Positions 28,270-37,910 of a DNA stretch of 64,000 nucleotides are shown piece by piece. This stretch comes from a virus (lineage: Duplodnaviria > Caudoviricetes). The stretch's first letter is position 1; each line of letters begins with the position of its first letter. The position numbers were made by a program, and so were the translations under genes. The DNA is taken from the IMG/VR virus record IMGVR_UViG_3300023053_000008, positions 16,415-80,414 of that record, one strand, 5' to 3'. Under the pieces are notes generated by a model. The model saw only the letters and a program-made list of their open reading frames with translations, ran no database searches and was not told the DNA's origin.

Positions 28270-28291
28270 TCAAATAAATAATATATATTTA
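28270..28291 (+). repeat. 22-bp direct repeat, copy 1
   Basis: TCAAATAAATAATATATATTTA, identical to 29302-29323. Confidence 0.85.
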
Positions 28292-28532
28292 AAATCGCAA
28301 TAAAAAAAAAAGGAGGTATTTCTATATCTCTTGTTTTGTTTATTAATCTTACACCAAAATTAATACACAAATTTGTATATTCTATCTATTTTAAAAAGTC
28401 CATATATCTATATAAAAATCTCCTGTGCGCCTTTTATTATATAAAAATTTTGGAAAGTGGAATAAACTGCTATTTCTAAATTAAACAATTTATTAGTTGT
28501 GGTAATAATCCTCCAAGTTATATATTGCACGT

Positions 28533-28576
28533 AGTCTAAAGATTGTTCTATTATAGAGCAGTCTTTAGACTTTTTT
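28533..28576 (+). terminator. Plus-oriented terminator among minus-strand genes
   Basis: AGTCTAAAGATTGTTCTA...TAGAGCAGTCTTTAGACT plus T run on the plus side. Confidence 0.65.
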
Positions 28577-28579
28577 ATA

Positions 28580-29200
28580 TTAATTTATATTAGCTTTATT
28601 CAAAGCGCTTCTTAATTCGCCAACCTCGGATTTAAGCTCTTTATTTAAGCTGATGACTTTCGTGTTAGTTTCTCTAAGTTGTTGGTTCTCAGTCTCAAGA
28701 TTATTATTCTTATCAAGAACACCAGTTACAAGTTGTTTTATTTCGCCTAATTCTTCCATGAGGGTTTTATTTTCTCGTGTTAGAGTCTTCATAGTACCTT
28801 CTAATACTTTTATCTTAATTTTAAATCCTCTATTTTCACTCTGCAAGGTATCAACCTTTTCAGATAAACTATCATTACTCTTTTTTATATATGATAAAGA
28901 CTTATTAACAGTCGTTAATTGATCAAATAAATTCTCTTTTTCTATCTTTAATTCTGAAATATCTTGTCGTTGTGTTACATTTTCTTTCTTTAGCACTTTA
29001 ATACGGTCTTCTAATACATATTCAACACAATCTTCAACTAATTTCTTAGTCTGGTTTTTAAAGCTTCTTGGCTTTTCCTCACCTGTATTAAACTTATAGA
29101 AGTTATCTTTAATCTTTTTATTAGTTATAATCCAATTAAAAACAGTAACTACCGCAAAAAGTGCCACAACGACCAAAATACTTTCAAAATTAAGATTCAT
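28580..29200 (-). CDS. Single-TM coiled-coil protein next to the endolysin (possible lysis accessory)
   Basis: ATG at 29200 with GGAGG; N-terminal ILVVVALFAVVTVFNWII; long heptad C-terminus. Confidence 0.75.
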   Translation of the reverse strand: MNLNFESILVVVALFAVVTVFNWIITNKKIKDNFYKFNTGEEKPRSFKNQTKKLVEDCVEYVLEDRIKVLKKENVTQRQDISELKIEKENLFDQLTTVNKSLSYIKKSNDSLSEKVDTLQSENRGFKIKIKVLEGTMKTLTRENKTLMEELGEIKQLVTGVLDKNNNLETENQQLRETNTKVISLNKELKSEVGELRSALNKANIN

Positions 29201-29301
29201 TAATATTCCTCCCACACTCTTTTTTATTATAAATTTATATTATATATGATAAACGGCATGTAAAAAAATAAAACTTCTCTCTATAAATTAAATACATACC
29301 C

Positions 29302-29323
29302 TCAAATAAATAATATATATTTA
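29302..29323 (+). repeat. 22-bp direct repeat, copy 2
   Basis: TCAAATAAATAATATATATTTA. Confidence 0.85.
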
Positions 29324-29334
29324 TAATAAATTTT

Positions 29335-29376
29335 GTCTAATAGATGGTATAAAAATACCATCTATTAGACTTTTTT
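29335..29376 (+). terminator. Perfect 16-bp hairpin at the endolysin 3' end, T tract on the plus side
   Basis: GTCTAATAGATGGTAT/ATACCATCTATTAGAC then TTTTTT. Confidence 0.7.
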
Positions 29377-29378
29377 AA

Positions 29379-30950
29379 TTATTTAGTGAAAGCTACTAAG
29401 AATCCTTGAATTCCGTGACTAGCTAATTCTCTCACCATTTCTTCAGCATTTGCACGTTCTTTATAAGAGCCTGCTACTACTCGTAAATAGTTAGTTCCAT
29501 CTTTTTCAAATGGTACTAAGAATGCATCGATTCCGTAAGATTTTAATTGACGGATAGTTTCGTTAGCATTATCACGATCAGTATAAGAACCTGCAATTAC
29601 ACGTAAGAATGTTTCACCAGAACCACCTTCAGGTTTTGGAGTAGGTTTAGGTTTACGGTCAAAACGAATATAACTAGAATCGTAGAATACGAATCCTTCA
29701 TTAATTTTTAACCAACCATTTACTTCTGCAAATACTTTACGAGTTGCAGAATTACCTAATTTACCTGCTACGTCATAATTAGTTCCAGCACCAGAACGGA
29801 TACGAACATTATCACCAGTTACAGTTAAAGTACCGATTTCTTCACCATTAGAAGGAACTGATACATTAGGTTTGTTGCCATTAGAAGCAATACCGAAGTA
29901 TCTAGCTACACCAACAGCATGTGCATTAGCAACGCCATACACATAGTTAGGATCTTGGAATTTCTTAATTTCGTTATTTGGATCATCCATGAATAAGTTT
30001 TCAGTTAAGCATGCTGTCATATTAGTTTCACGTAATACAGCATAGTTAGCATCTCTTTGTCCACGATCTTTACGGTTAGATTTACCGTAGAACTCCATTA
30101 AAGCATCATGCATGCATCCTTGAAGTTTCATTGTTTTAGCATCGCTTTGACCTTTCATACGGTAGCTTTCGAAACCAAAACCACCACCACCATTACAGTG
30201 GATACTGATAAAGATATCTGCACCCCATGCATTAGCAATACGAGCACGTTGACTTAATTCATAGAATACGTCATTATCACGAATTAATTTAACTTCAATA
30301 CCAGGATATTCTGCTACAAGAATGTCTCTCATTTTAAGAGCAATAGCAAGTACGATATTTTTCTCCATCATTGTTTGGTCAGGAGATACACAACCGCTAT
30401 CTTTTCCACCATGTCCTGCATCAATAACTACTTTAGCCATTTTTGTTACAACTCCTTTATCAATGTTTTCAGAAGATACTAAAGGCTGATAAACACCATT
30501 AATGATGTCACCATACTTTTTATCTGCCGCCCATCTTCCACCTAAATCATTCCATGTAGGTGCAATACCTCTTTCTACATAAGTAAAACGAGGATCAATT
30601 AATTGTTCACCAGATGGTAATGGTTTTGTAGAAGCATAAGCATATAAATGTTGTAATTGTGCTCTTACACCATCTTTGATAGTTGGAAACGAATGACCTT
30701 TCATTCCTTTAGTCAATACACCTAAACCGCAATAGTTATGTTGGTCTGGTGTAACTGCTGTTCCATTACCGAATCTAAACCAATCAGTCTCAACGATAGA
30801 TTGACACATAGCTAAATCGCCACGGATTCCATAAACAGAACCGACTTCAATGAAGGCTTTTGCAATTTCCCCATCAAAGGAAGGATTGTTACGTCTAACA
30901 TATTCTGTTAGTCTTTCAGCACTTATTTGACTAGTACCTAAAATATTCAC
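29379..30950 (-). CDS. Modular endolysin: GH73-like glucosaminidase + Amidase_3 + SH3b + two SPOR-like repeats
   Basis: AMCQSIVETDWF...QHNYCGLG...WAAD; VVIDAGHGGKDSG, ISIHCN, LTENLF; VRIRSGAGTNY; RVIAGSY/RVVAGSY repeats. Confidence 0.9.
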   Translation of the reverse strand: MNILGTSQISAERLTEYVRRNNPSFDGEIAKAFIEVGSVYGIRGDLAMCQSIVETDWFRFGNGTAVTPDQHNYCGLGVLTKGMKGHSFPTIKDGVRAQLQHLYAYASTKPLPSGEQLIDPRFTYVERGIAPTWNDLGGRWAADKKYGDIINGVYQPLVSSENIDKGVVTKMAKVVIDAGHGGKDSGCVSPDQTMMEKNIVLAIALKMRDILVAEYPGIEVKLIRDNDVFYELSQRARIANAWGADIFISIHCNGGGGFGFESYRMKGQSDAKTMKLQGCMHDALMEFYGKSNRKDRGQRDANYAVLRETNMTACLTENLFMDDPNNEIKKFQDPNYVYGVANAHAVGVARYFGIASNGNKPNVSVPSNGEEIGTLTVTGDNVRIRSGAGTNYDVAGKLGNSATRKVFAEVNGWLKINEGFVFYDSSYIRFDRKPKPTPKPEGGSGETFLRVIAGSYTDRDNANETIRQLKSYGIDAFLVPFEKDGTNYLRVVAGSYKERANAEEMVRELASHGIQGFLVAFTK

Positions 30951-30982
30951 ATATATCCCTCCTTAAAATATGATATAATGAA

Positions 30983-30994
30983 TATTAAATTGTT
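30983..30994 (-). promoter_or_regulatory. Late promoter motif AACA-N6-TA
   Basis: Minus strand AACA ATTTAA TA upstream of the endolysin. Confidence 0.7.
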
Positions 30995-31010
30995 ATAAAA
31001 ATAGACAAAA

Positions 31011-31046
31011 AAAAGTAAAGCATACTTAATAGTACACTTTACTTTT
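31011..31046 (-). terminator. Terminator after ligA
   Basis: AAAAGTAAAG...CTTTACTTTT preceded by an A run. Confidence 0.7.
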
Positions 31047-31053
31047 AATTAAA

Positions 31054-33039
31054 TTAAACACTGAAGCGGTCTTTAAAGTCTTGAACTGAAAGAATTTCAA
31101 TTCCTAATTCTCTAGCTTTATTCAATTTAGAACCACCTTCAGAAGGATTAGAAGCTACAACTAAATCAGTTTTCTTAGAAACACCAGAGCTAATTTTATG
31201 ACCTCTTAACTCTAAGTTCTTCTTAACATCTTTATCTCTGAATCCAGTAAATACGATATTGTATACTACATCATCTTGGTTCTGAGATAATTCTGATTTA
31301 TACTCTTTAAAGCTAAGTTGTTCCATTAAGAATAGTATTGTCTCGCTATTAGATTCTAATCCCTTAATTAAATGATTAGCCATGATTTCTGAGAAACCTT
31401 TCATAGCTACGATTTTATTGAATAATTCTTTACCTCTATGCATTTCTAATACTTCCATTAAACTAAATTCAGTACAGATTAATTTAGCAGTATCTAGAGA
31501 GATATTTTCAATACCTAGAGAACCTAGAATCTCATAATCATAAGGTACTTTAGAATCTAAAGCTTTCTTCATATTTTTAGCAATAGTCTTACCTAGACCT
31601 TCTACATTAGATACTTCTTCATAATCAATTGTATAAAGATCTTCAATATGTTTAATTAATCCTGCATCCTTTAATCTTTGAATAGTAGCCTCTTTAATAC
31701 CTTTGATATCCATTTTAACTAGATAGTTCTGTATTCTACCAACTACTTTACCATTACATTCATTATTAACACAATAAGCAAATGTTTCATTCTCATTGAT
31801 TTCAATAGAATGATTACATACAGGACACTTATCAGGGAATTTAATTGGTTCAATATTCTTATTCTTTTCATTATCTAATCGTTCAACATATGTTAAACAA
31901 TCATTAGAGTATGATACAAGAATATCACTACCTACACCTAATCCAAGTTCTTTGAATCGTTTATAATTATTTAATGATTGCTTTTGATGTGTAGAGTTAA
32001 AGAATTTAACAGGTTTAAACCATACTCTAGGAGTAATAATACCTGTATCACCCATTGTAAAGTCCATACGTTCTACTTGAGTAGTTTCTTGTAGATAAGG
32101 GAACTTTAATGCAGTAGCCCATTTAGGTTCATTTTGAACTGATCCTAACTCATCTTTAATATCCTCTTCCATAACATCAATTACTAGACCATCAATCATG
32201 AAATTTAAATCCTGACGCATATCAATAATATTGTTGTAGAAAGCTTCAATTTCTTCCATAGCATCATCAATATTATCTGCTGTAACAATTAAAGCATGTT
32301 CAAATAAAGCAGACTCTTCACCGAAGTTCTCCTCAATAAACTCTAGCTGTTCTTCTTTTTCCATAACACCGTCTTCATGTTTAACCCATAATGGAACTAG
32401 AGTCATGTATTTAACAAAGTCATAAGCTTCATTTTTACCTAAAAGACCTGATATTAGGGAACGAGGATTAACATAAGCAATTCCAGTATCATCAATTAAT
32501 TTCTTAAAATCTTCAAAGCTTACTACTACTTCATATTTAATACCAACGTTTTCTTTACTTTTAATCTTATGATCTTTAAAGATGTATGTTAAATCAACAC
32601 CTTTACCATTCTTACCACGAGTAAGAGCTTGCTTAGCGTTACCATTATTATATTCAATTACAACACTATTGCCATCAAATTTAAGAGTAATACAAATAGT
32701 AATAGTTCCATATTTATTAATAATTTTAGATAACCATTCTCTTAAATCACCAATATTCTGACACTTATGTAGTGTTCCTACAAGTTCTTCATAACTATGT
32801 GCAACAGAAGCAGTACCTTTATTTAAATCAGGTTCAGCTCCAACAATAATATCACCAGTTTTTAATTTATACATATTATATAGAGTATCGTAATCTGTAT
32901 CAGATATAACTAGAGAATCAGTATTGTAATAGTGATGTGAACAAAATTCTAAGAAACCTTTAACTCCTTCAATATCTTTCTTGGTTAATTTCTTCTTCTC
33001 CAATATTGTCTTAGCTAATTTAAAATCCATATTTGTCAT
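31054..33039 (-). CDS. ligA: NAD-dependent DNA ligase
   Basis: YY...SDTDYD domain Ia, KFDG, TRGKNG, IDGLVI, ALKFP, CPVC...C...C zinc finger, HhH repeats, BRCT; start moved to the ATG at 33039 (RBS AAAGGAG). Confidence 0.95.
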   Translation of the reverse strand: MTNMDFKLAKTILEKKKLTKKDIEGVKGFLEFCSHHYYNTDSLVISDTDYDTLYNMYKLKTGDIIVGAEPDLNKGTASVAHSYEELVGTLHKCQNIGDLREWLSKIINKYGTITICITLKFDGNSVVIEYNNGNAKQALTRGKNGKGVDLTYIFKDHKIKSKENVGIKYEVVVSFEDFKKLIDDTGIAYVNPRSLISGLLGKNEAYDFVKYMTLVPLWVKHEDGVMEKEEQLEFIEENFGEESALFEHALIVTADNIDDAMEEIEAFYNNIIDMRQDLNFMIDGLVIDVMEEDIKDELGSVQNEPKWATALKFPYLQETTQVERMDFTMGDTGIITPRVWFKPVKFFNSTHQKQSLNNYKRFKELGLGVGSDILVSYSNDCLTYVERLDNEKNKNIEPIKFPDKCPVCNHSIEINENETFAYCVNNECNGKVVGRIQNYLVKMDIKGIKEATIQRLKDAGLIKHIEDLYTIDYEEVSNVEGLGKTIAKNMKKALDSKVPYDYEILGSLGIENISLDTAKLICTEFSLMEVLEMHRGKELFNKIVAMKGFSEIMANHLIKGLESNSETILFLMEQLSFKEYKSELSQNQDDVVYNIVFTGFRDKDVKKNLELRGHKISSGVSKKTDLVVASNPSEGGSKLNKARELGIEILSVQDFKDRFSV

Positions 33040-33185
33040 AATAAAAACTCCTTTATACATTATATATTATAAATACAGAATTATGATATATATTTATTTT
33101 CATTTTCATAAATATGTTGGATCTAAAATTAAATAAAAAAAAAAATAAAGAAGTAAGATAATAATCTCACTCCTTTATTTATTAA

Positions 33186-33407
33186 TTAAAAGTCAAGTCC
33201 ATCAATAGTATCTAATAAGAATTCTTTTTCATCATAATCAAGACTTACACCTTTACCAATTTTATCTTCATCATGATTCCATAAACGGATATCTAGTTTA
33301 GGTTTACCATTACCCCATTTAACAATGTTTACCTCTTTAGTCCAACCATTTCTTCCTTCTGATAATACTTTTAATTTCTGTACAATTTCATATTTAACGT
33401 CAGCCAT
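33186..33407 (-). CDS. ydbC: PC4/YdbC-family ssDNA-binding protein
   Basis: KYEIVQKLKVLSEGRNGWTKEVNIVKW...KLDIRLW...GKGVSL. Confidence 0.88.
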   Translation of the reverse strand: MADVKYEIVQKLKVLSEGRNGWTKEVNIVKWGNGKPKLDIRLWNHDEDKIGKGVSLDYDEKEFLLDTIDGLDF

Positions 33408-33427
33408 AATGAATCCCTCACTTTATA

Positions 33428-33934
33428 TTACTTTACTGCATAAATAGTTAATTTTTCATCTTCTGGATAAATGTATTCTTTATTATCTACCCATTCAAAT
33501 GTTATTTCTTTTCTAACATTATCAACAGATACCTTTTCATTATCTTTAAGAGAATGATACACTGCAGAAGCTTGTTCAGTTAATTTAAGATGATGAGTTA
33601 TTTCTATTTTAACTTTATTTTTAATATTAGAATCTATATTTTCTTTTTCCGTTAAAGGTATGAAACGTAATTCTTTAGTATTAGGAATTTTACCTAATAC
33701 TCTTGCAATATCAAGTATCTTTCCAGTATGATTTCCTAGAAATTCACTTGTCTTATAAGGTGAAGCTGTATATACTGCAAAGCTACCTTCCATATTAAAA
33801 TGACTTTCAGCAAGTATTTCATCTACTAATAATCTCTGTTTTTTACTAGCTAGTAAATCTTTTTTCTCAGATGTAGCAAGTTCAGCATTCCTTATTTCTT
33901 CTTCCAATACTTTAATTTCATCTTGTACCGACAT
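33428..33934 (-). CDS. Hypothetical protein, paralogous to the C-terminal half of 33972-35138
   Basis: Coiled coil then GKILDIARVL. Confidence 0.75.
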   Translation of the reverse strand: MSVQDEIKVLEEEIRNAELATSEKKDLLASKKQRLLVDEILAESHFNMEGSFAVYTASPYKTSEFLGNHTGKILDIARVLGKIPNTKELRFIPLTEKENIDSNIKNKVKIEITHHLKLTEQASAVYHSLKDNEKVSVDNVRKEITFEWVDNKEYIYPEDEKLTIYAVK

Positions 33935-33971
33935 TTATTTCCTCTCCTTCATATGTAGTATAATAAATAGT

Positions 33972-35138
33972 TTAGAAGTTTACATCTTCAGAGTCATTGG
34001 CTTTTTTACCAGCCTTTATTCTTTCTTCAACATCTTCCTTACTTACATATTCTAATTTATCTCCTTGTTTTTTATTGTTTTTATTTTCTTTTCCCCATGA
34101 AACTTTTATTATAGGTTTTCCATAATCAACAAATCTAAATGACTCATCGGTATTATATTCTTCTAATACTTCTATCATTTTATCATTACCGCTAACGAAT
34201 GTATTTTTCTCTTTATCATAACCTACAATAATTTTTATTGATTTTTCATCTGTATAAGTATTGTCCTTACCGACCTTTACAAAATCAACTTTTTCAAATT
34301 CAATAAGAGAATCATCCATATGGAATACATTCTCTCTCAAATGTCGAGCAATGTCTAAAATATTTCCTTCAAAGAACTTATCTCTAAATGTATTTGATTT
34401 AACTTTCCATAAACCATTAGCATCAAAGTTTTCAAAGACTTCTGCTTGCTCTAATTCAAACTTAAGACGTTCTAATTTCTTTTGTGTTGATTCTATTTCC
34501 TCTCTTAAAGATTCTGCTCTTCCTTTAGACTCCTTTTTAATTTGAGTAGTTACTGTTTCTTGTAAATTATCTAAATCCTTAGCAACTGGTGTAGCTGGAA
34601 GAACTTCTGCATAGATACATCTTACTCCATCTTGGATTGATATATGGTTTACTTTGTATCTAAAACTGCCATCTTTAAATGTTTCAAGGGGTTGGATGTG
34701 TGCTAATTCAACTAAAGCGCCACTACTATTAATCTCAATTGGTAAATTACTATTCAAATCAAATACCTTAACAATTCTGAATGAATTTAGATTTAATACT
34801 GGAGAAATATAACATTTGTCATCAATTATTTTCTTAACAACATATGTCATTCCAGACATATCAGTAAAGTTTTCTTCAATTTCAATCAGTGTATTAGGTT
34901 TTAAATAGATATCCATTTCTAATTCAGTATGATAATTTATAAATTTCATTGGTTTGTCATTCCCTTCAAATTTTGTAGCTTCCATTAGAGGTCTTATATA
35001 ACAAATATCATCTTCTATTCTTACAACTTTGCTTGTAACACCAGCGACATCAGTGAATGTCATACCTTTTTCAAGTATTACATCTTCTCTCAATACCACA
35101 TTAAGTTCCATATTACTATCAGCACATACAAATCTCAT
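33972..35138 (-). CDS. Repeat-containing hypothetical protein
   Basis: Three N-terminal repeats (FTDxxGxxxxVxxIxDDxCYIxP type), coiled coil, GNILDIARHL. Confidence 0.8.
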   Translation of the reverse strand: MRFVCADSNMELNVVLREDVILEKGMTFTDVAGVTSKVVRIEDDICYIRPLMEATKFEGNDKPMKFINYHTELEMDIYLKPNTLIEIEENFTDMSGMTYVVKKIIDDKCYISPVLNLNSFRIVKVFDLNSNLPIEINSSGALVELAHIQPLETFKDGSFRYKVNHISIQDGVRCIYAEVLPATPVAKDLDNLQETVTTQIKKESKGRAESLREEIESTQKKLERLKFELEQAEVFENFDANGLWKVKSNTFRDKFFEGNILDIARHLRENVFHMDDSLIEFEKVDFVKVGKDNTYTDEKSIKIIVGYDKEKNTFVSGNDKMIEVLEEYNTDESFRFVDYGKPIIKVSWGKENKNNKKQGDKLEYVSKEDVEERIKAGKKANDSEDVNF

Positions 35139-35140
35139 AA

Positions 35141-35490
35141 TTAAATTCCTCCATATAGTCCATGTCTTTGTAATAAATTATACATATTGTCAAGGTTCTC
35201 TGAATAATCATCAAAGAACCTCTTAAAATCATCAACAGTTTGATATACATTTGTTTCATCTATATCCATTATATCTCTGTCACAAATATACCATCTATGA
35301 AGTCTTCCATTTTCAAATACTCTTACAGTAAGTATTAAATCATTTCTAATATCTACTTCTAATGTAAATCTATCTATAAGAGTAAATTCCATTTGAATAG
35401 GTGTTTTTCAAGAATATAACTTACAATTGTTTTCATATCACCTTTAAGAGTATCAATATCTAAATATTCTATCTTTCTAATTAAAGACAT
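35141..35490 (-). pseudogene. Frameshifted CDS: RBS-bearing 38-codon ORF overlapping an RBS-less 83-codon ORF
   Basis: ATG at 35490 has GGAGG and stops after 38 aa; ORF 35141-35392 is in the -1 frame; one extra base in the T5 run at 35404-35408 would join them. Confidence 0.5.
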
Positions 35491-35491
35491 T

Positions 35492-36484
35492 TTAATCCTC
35501 CAAGATTTTCTCTACTTTTTCAATTAATTCATCTAATCCACAAGATACTACAGAACATGTTGGATTACGAGGATCTGATTCAAACTCAACTAAATCTCTC
35601 TTAATATTCTTTAAATCAATAAGGAATTCAACAGCATTAGGGATTTTTCTATTCTTACGAACATGCGCGTTTATTATGCTTTCAATCTCTGTTCTATCAT
35701 CTTCAAATTTCTTCATTACTACATCATACTCATCTTGGAAGTAACTCATTACATTACTCTTATACATTTGTCCACCATTAGCATATACGCTAATTTCATT
35801 ATTAGAACTATAACTATAAATTTTATAAGAAGGTTGATCCTTAGTCTTTTTAGTACCAGGCTCATCTGAATTGTAATACCCTTTAGCTTCGAATAGTTCT
35901 TTAAATAGTGCTAAAATATGTGTACGTCTAGCATAAGAAGCTTTCATACTCATAATACTATTCCCTAAATGTCTCATAGGTTTAATATATTCATTAGGGC
36001 TTTCAATCATATTTACAATTTCAATTTCGATATCAGAAACTTTTACATGAACTTTAGTAAACTCAGGTTTATATCTAAGAAGCTTTCTATACTCTAAGAA
36101 TTCCTCATCTGAATCCATATATGATACTTCTCCATCATATTTAAGTTTTGACTTTAGATACTCAAATCTTTCATCATAAGTCTCAACATCCATTGTGATT
36201 TCATCAGTTAATCTCATTAAAGATTTTGCCTTTGTAACCTCCCATAATTCAATAACTGGTTTAGGTTCTAAATCTAATGTATATTTACCCTCTTCTCTAA
36301 TAATATTTCCATTTATTTTGTAATAAGTATTAGATGATGGATATAAACTATAATTGCTTAAATCTACTATATAACCATTTTTACTCTTTAATACTTTAAG
36401 GAAATTTCCACTTGGTTCAATAGCTCTATCTTTTTTACCTGATATTTTCTTTTGTGATTGTCTACTTGATCTCGGATTATACAT
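35492..36484 (-). CDS. Hypothetical protein
   Basis: 330 aa, RBS GGGAGAG. Confidence 0.8.
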   Translation of the reverse strand: MYNPRSSRQSQKKISGKKDRAIEPSGNFLKVLKSKNGYIVDLSNYSLYPSSNTYYKINGNIIREEGKYTLDLEPKPVIELWEVTKAKSLMRLTDEITMDVETYDERFEYLKSKLKYDGEVSYMDSDEEFLEYRKLLRYKPEFTKVHVKVSDIEIEIVNMIESPNEYIKPMRHLGNSIMSMKASYARRTHILALFKELFEAKGYYNSDEPGTKKTKDQPSYKIYSYSSNNEISVYANGGQMYKSNVMSYFQDEYDVVMKKFEDDRTEIESIINAHVRKNRKIPNAVEFLIDLKNIKRDLVEFESDPRNPTCSVVSCGLDELIEKVEKILED

Positions 36485-36511
36485 AATATATTCTCTCCCT
36501 TTGTTTAATTA

Positions 36512-36754
36512 TTATTGATGTTTGTATAAATTAATTTTACAAGTTTCTGGTTGTACTAAACTAGGTGTAATACCTTTATCACTAGTTCTAATATATCTAC
36601 AAGTTGAATCAATCTGTTCTAACTCTTGAATTGTATAATTTCCAATATTCTCATTTGATATTACTTTAAAAGCATGTTTTTCTTCAGAATCATCTCCCCC
36701 ACAAGCACTTAATAATAAAGTACTTGTGAGGAACATAGTAAATAATTTCTTCAT
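36512..36754 (-). CDS. Small lipoprotein
   Basis: MKK signal peptide with lipobox LSAC. Confidence 0.8.
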   Translation of the reverse strand: MKKLFTMFLTSTLLLSACGGDDSEEKHAFKVISNENIGNYTIQELEQIDSTCRYIRTSDKGITPSLVQPETCKINLYKHQ

Positions 36755-36766
36755 TATATATTCTCC

Positions 36767-37042
36767 TTAATAACTCTTTAATTTAAAATATTCATCTATT
36801 GACATTCCACCTGCTTTATCACATCCAACAGGTTTACCATCTGGACCAAATATATTAACAATGCCTGAATCAGCTCTTCCAGTAAAACTACCAATTAAAC
36901 ATCCTGATCTTTTATCTACATAATAGTAATCATTAATAGGTTTTATTGAACTATAGTATGATACTTCCTCTTCACTTTTTACAGTTGTTGAACATCCTAC
37001 AATTAATGATGTCGTTAATATACTAGCTAAGATCTTTTTCAT
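36767..37042 (-). CDS. Small lipoprotein (start moved to MKKIL)
   Basis: Lipobox IVGC; RBS GAGGGG before the ATG at 37042. Confidence 0.78.
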   Translation of the reverse strand: MKKILASILTTSLIVGCSTTVKSEEEVSYYSSIKPINDYYYVDKRSGCLIGSFTGRADSGIVNIFGPDGKPVGCDKAGGMSIDEYFKLKSY

Positions 37043-37053
37043 AATGATTCCCC

Positions 37054-37380
37054 TCATATTAGATTCTCATTAAGTTTATCCCCTAATTCATGATGATAAA
37101 CTAGAACCTTTCTATTTTCATCTAATTCGACTATATCTCCAAAGAATGCGGAACGAATAATATCCTCATCTTTTTCATTAATTTCAATATCATGGGTACA
37201 CATCATACAAGAGAAGTTACCCTCGCTTTGGATTACATGTCGATAACCGCAATCAGATAAAGCTAATAGTGATTTAATTTCATCATTTAACATTTTACCA
37301 TTATTTACTAATATAAGAATAGTTGGAACTTCTTCATCTTTTTTAAAGTATTTATTAATTTCATCTACTGTTAAATGCAT
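37054..37380 (-). CDS. Hypothetical protein
   Basis: 108 aa, coupled to the upstream gene. Confidence 0.7.
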   Translation of the reverse strand: MHLTVDEINKYFKKDEEVPTILILVNNGKMLNDEIKSLLALSDCGYRHVIQSEGNFSCMMCTHDIEINEKDEDIIRSAFFGDIVELDENRKVLVYHHELGDKLNENLI

Positions 37381-37859
37381 TATTGGTTACTTCCTTCTTT
37401 AAATACTTTTACTTCAAAATTAGTATCCATAGAATAATCAAATTTAGCATCATAATGTCTTTCAAATATTTCACATATTAATTTAATATGACCGCTATTA
37501 ATACGAGAATCTATTAAGATTGTATTTTCATTAAAATATTCTAATAGGTTTTCCACTGTCATAGTGAAGTTATCAGTTCTTGTGTCAATAGATTTTTCTA
37601 TTGCACTAAATCTTTTTAACTCAATTGCGCTATCGATATAGTCATAAACAGATGTTTCACCTTCAGGAATATTTGCAGTAAAGTTTAATGAAATTATACC
37701 TCTACGTAATCTGTCATGAAGTACTGCAATTGAAGAAACTCCTCTTCTTGATGCAATACTAGATTTAGTGATTAAACGGTTTTCCATTTCTTCTTTAAGT
37801 TCTTTCATATCTCTCAAATATTCATTACCATAGCTTTGTTTTCCAAACATGTCAGTCAC
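37380..37859 (-). CDS. Hypothetical protein
   Basis: 159 aa; early-type motif upstream at 37885-37897. Confidence 0.75.
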   Translation of the reverse strand: MTDMFGKQSYGNEYLRDMKELKEEMENRLITKSSIASRRGVSSIAVLHDRLRRGIISLNFTANIPEGETSVYDYIDSAIELKRFSAIEKSIDTRTDNFTMTVENLLEYFNENTILIDSRINSGHIKLICEIFERHYDAKFDYSMDTNFEVKVFKEGSNQ

Positions 37860-37910
37860 CCTTTTTAAGTTAGTTTTTTATAAATTATATATTATATAGG
37901 AAATTGAGAA

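Noticed and set aside
28309-28480. Perfect SD AAGGAGGT followed by an ATA-initiated open frame
   Set aside because: The SD is one arm of a hairpin preceded by an A run (a minus-strand terminator); no canonical start and the peptide looks non-coding
28580-29200. Calling the TM-coiled-coil gene a holin
   Set aside because: Only adjacency to the endolysin supports it; it has one TM helix, a long coiled coil and an early-type rather than late motif
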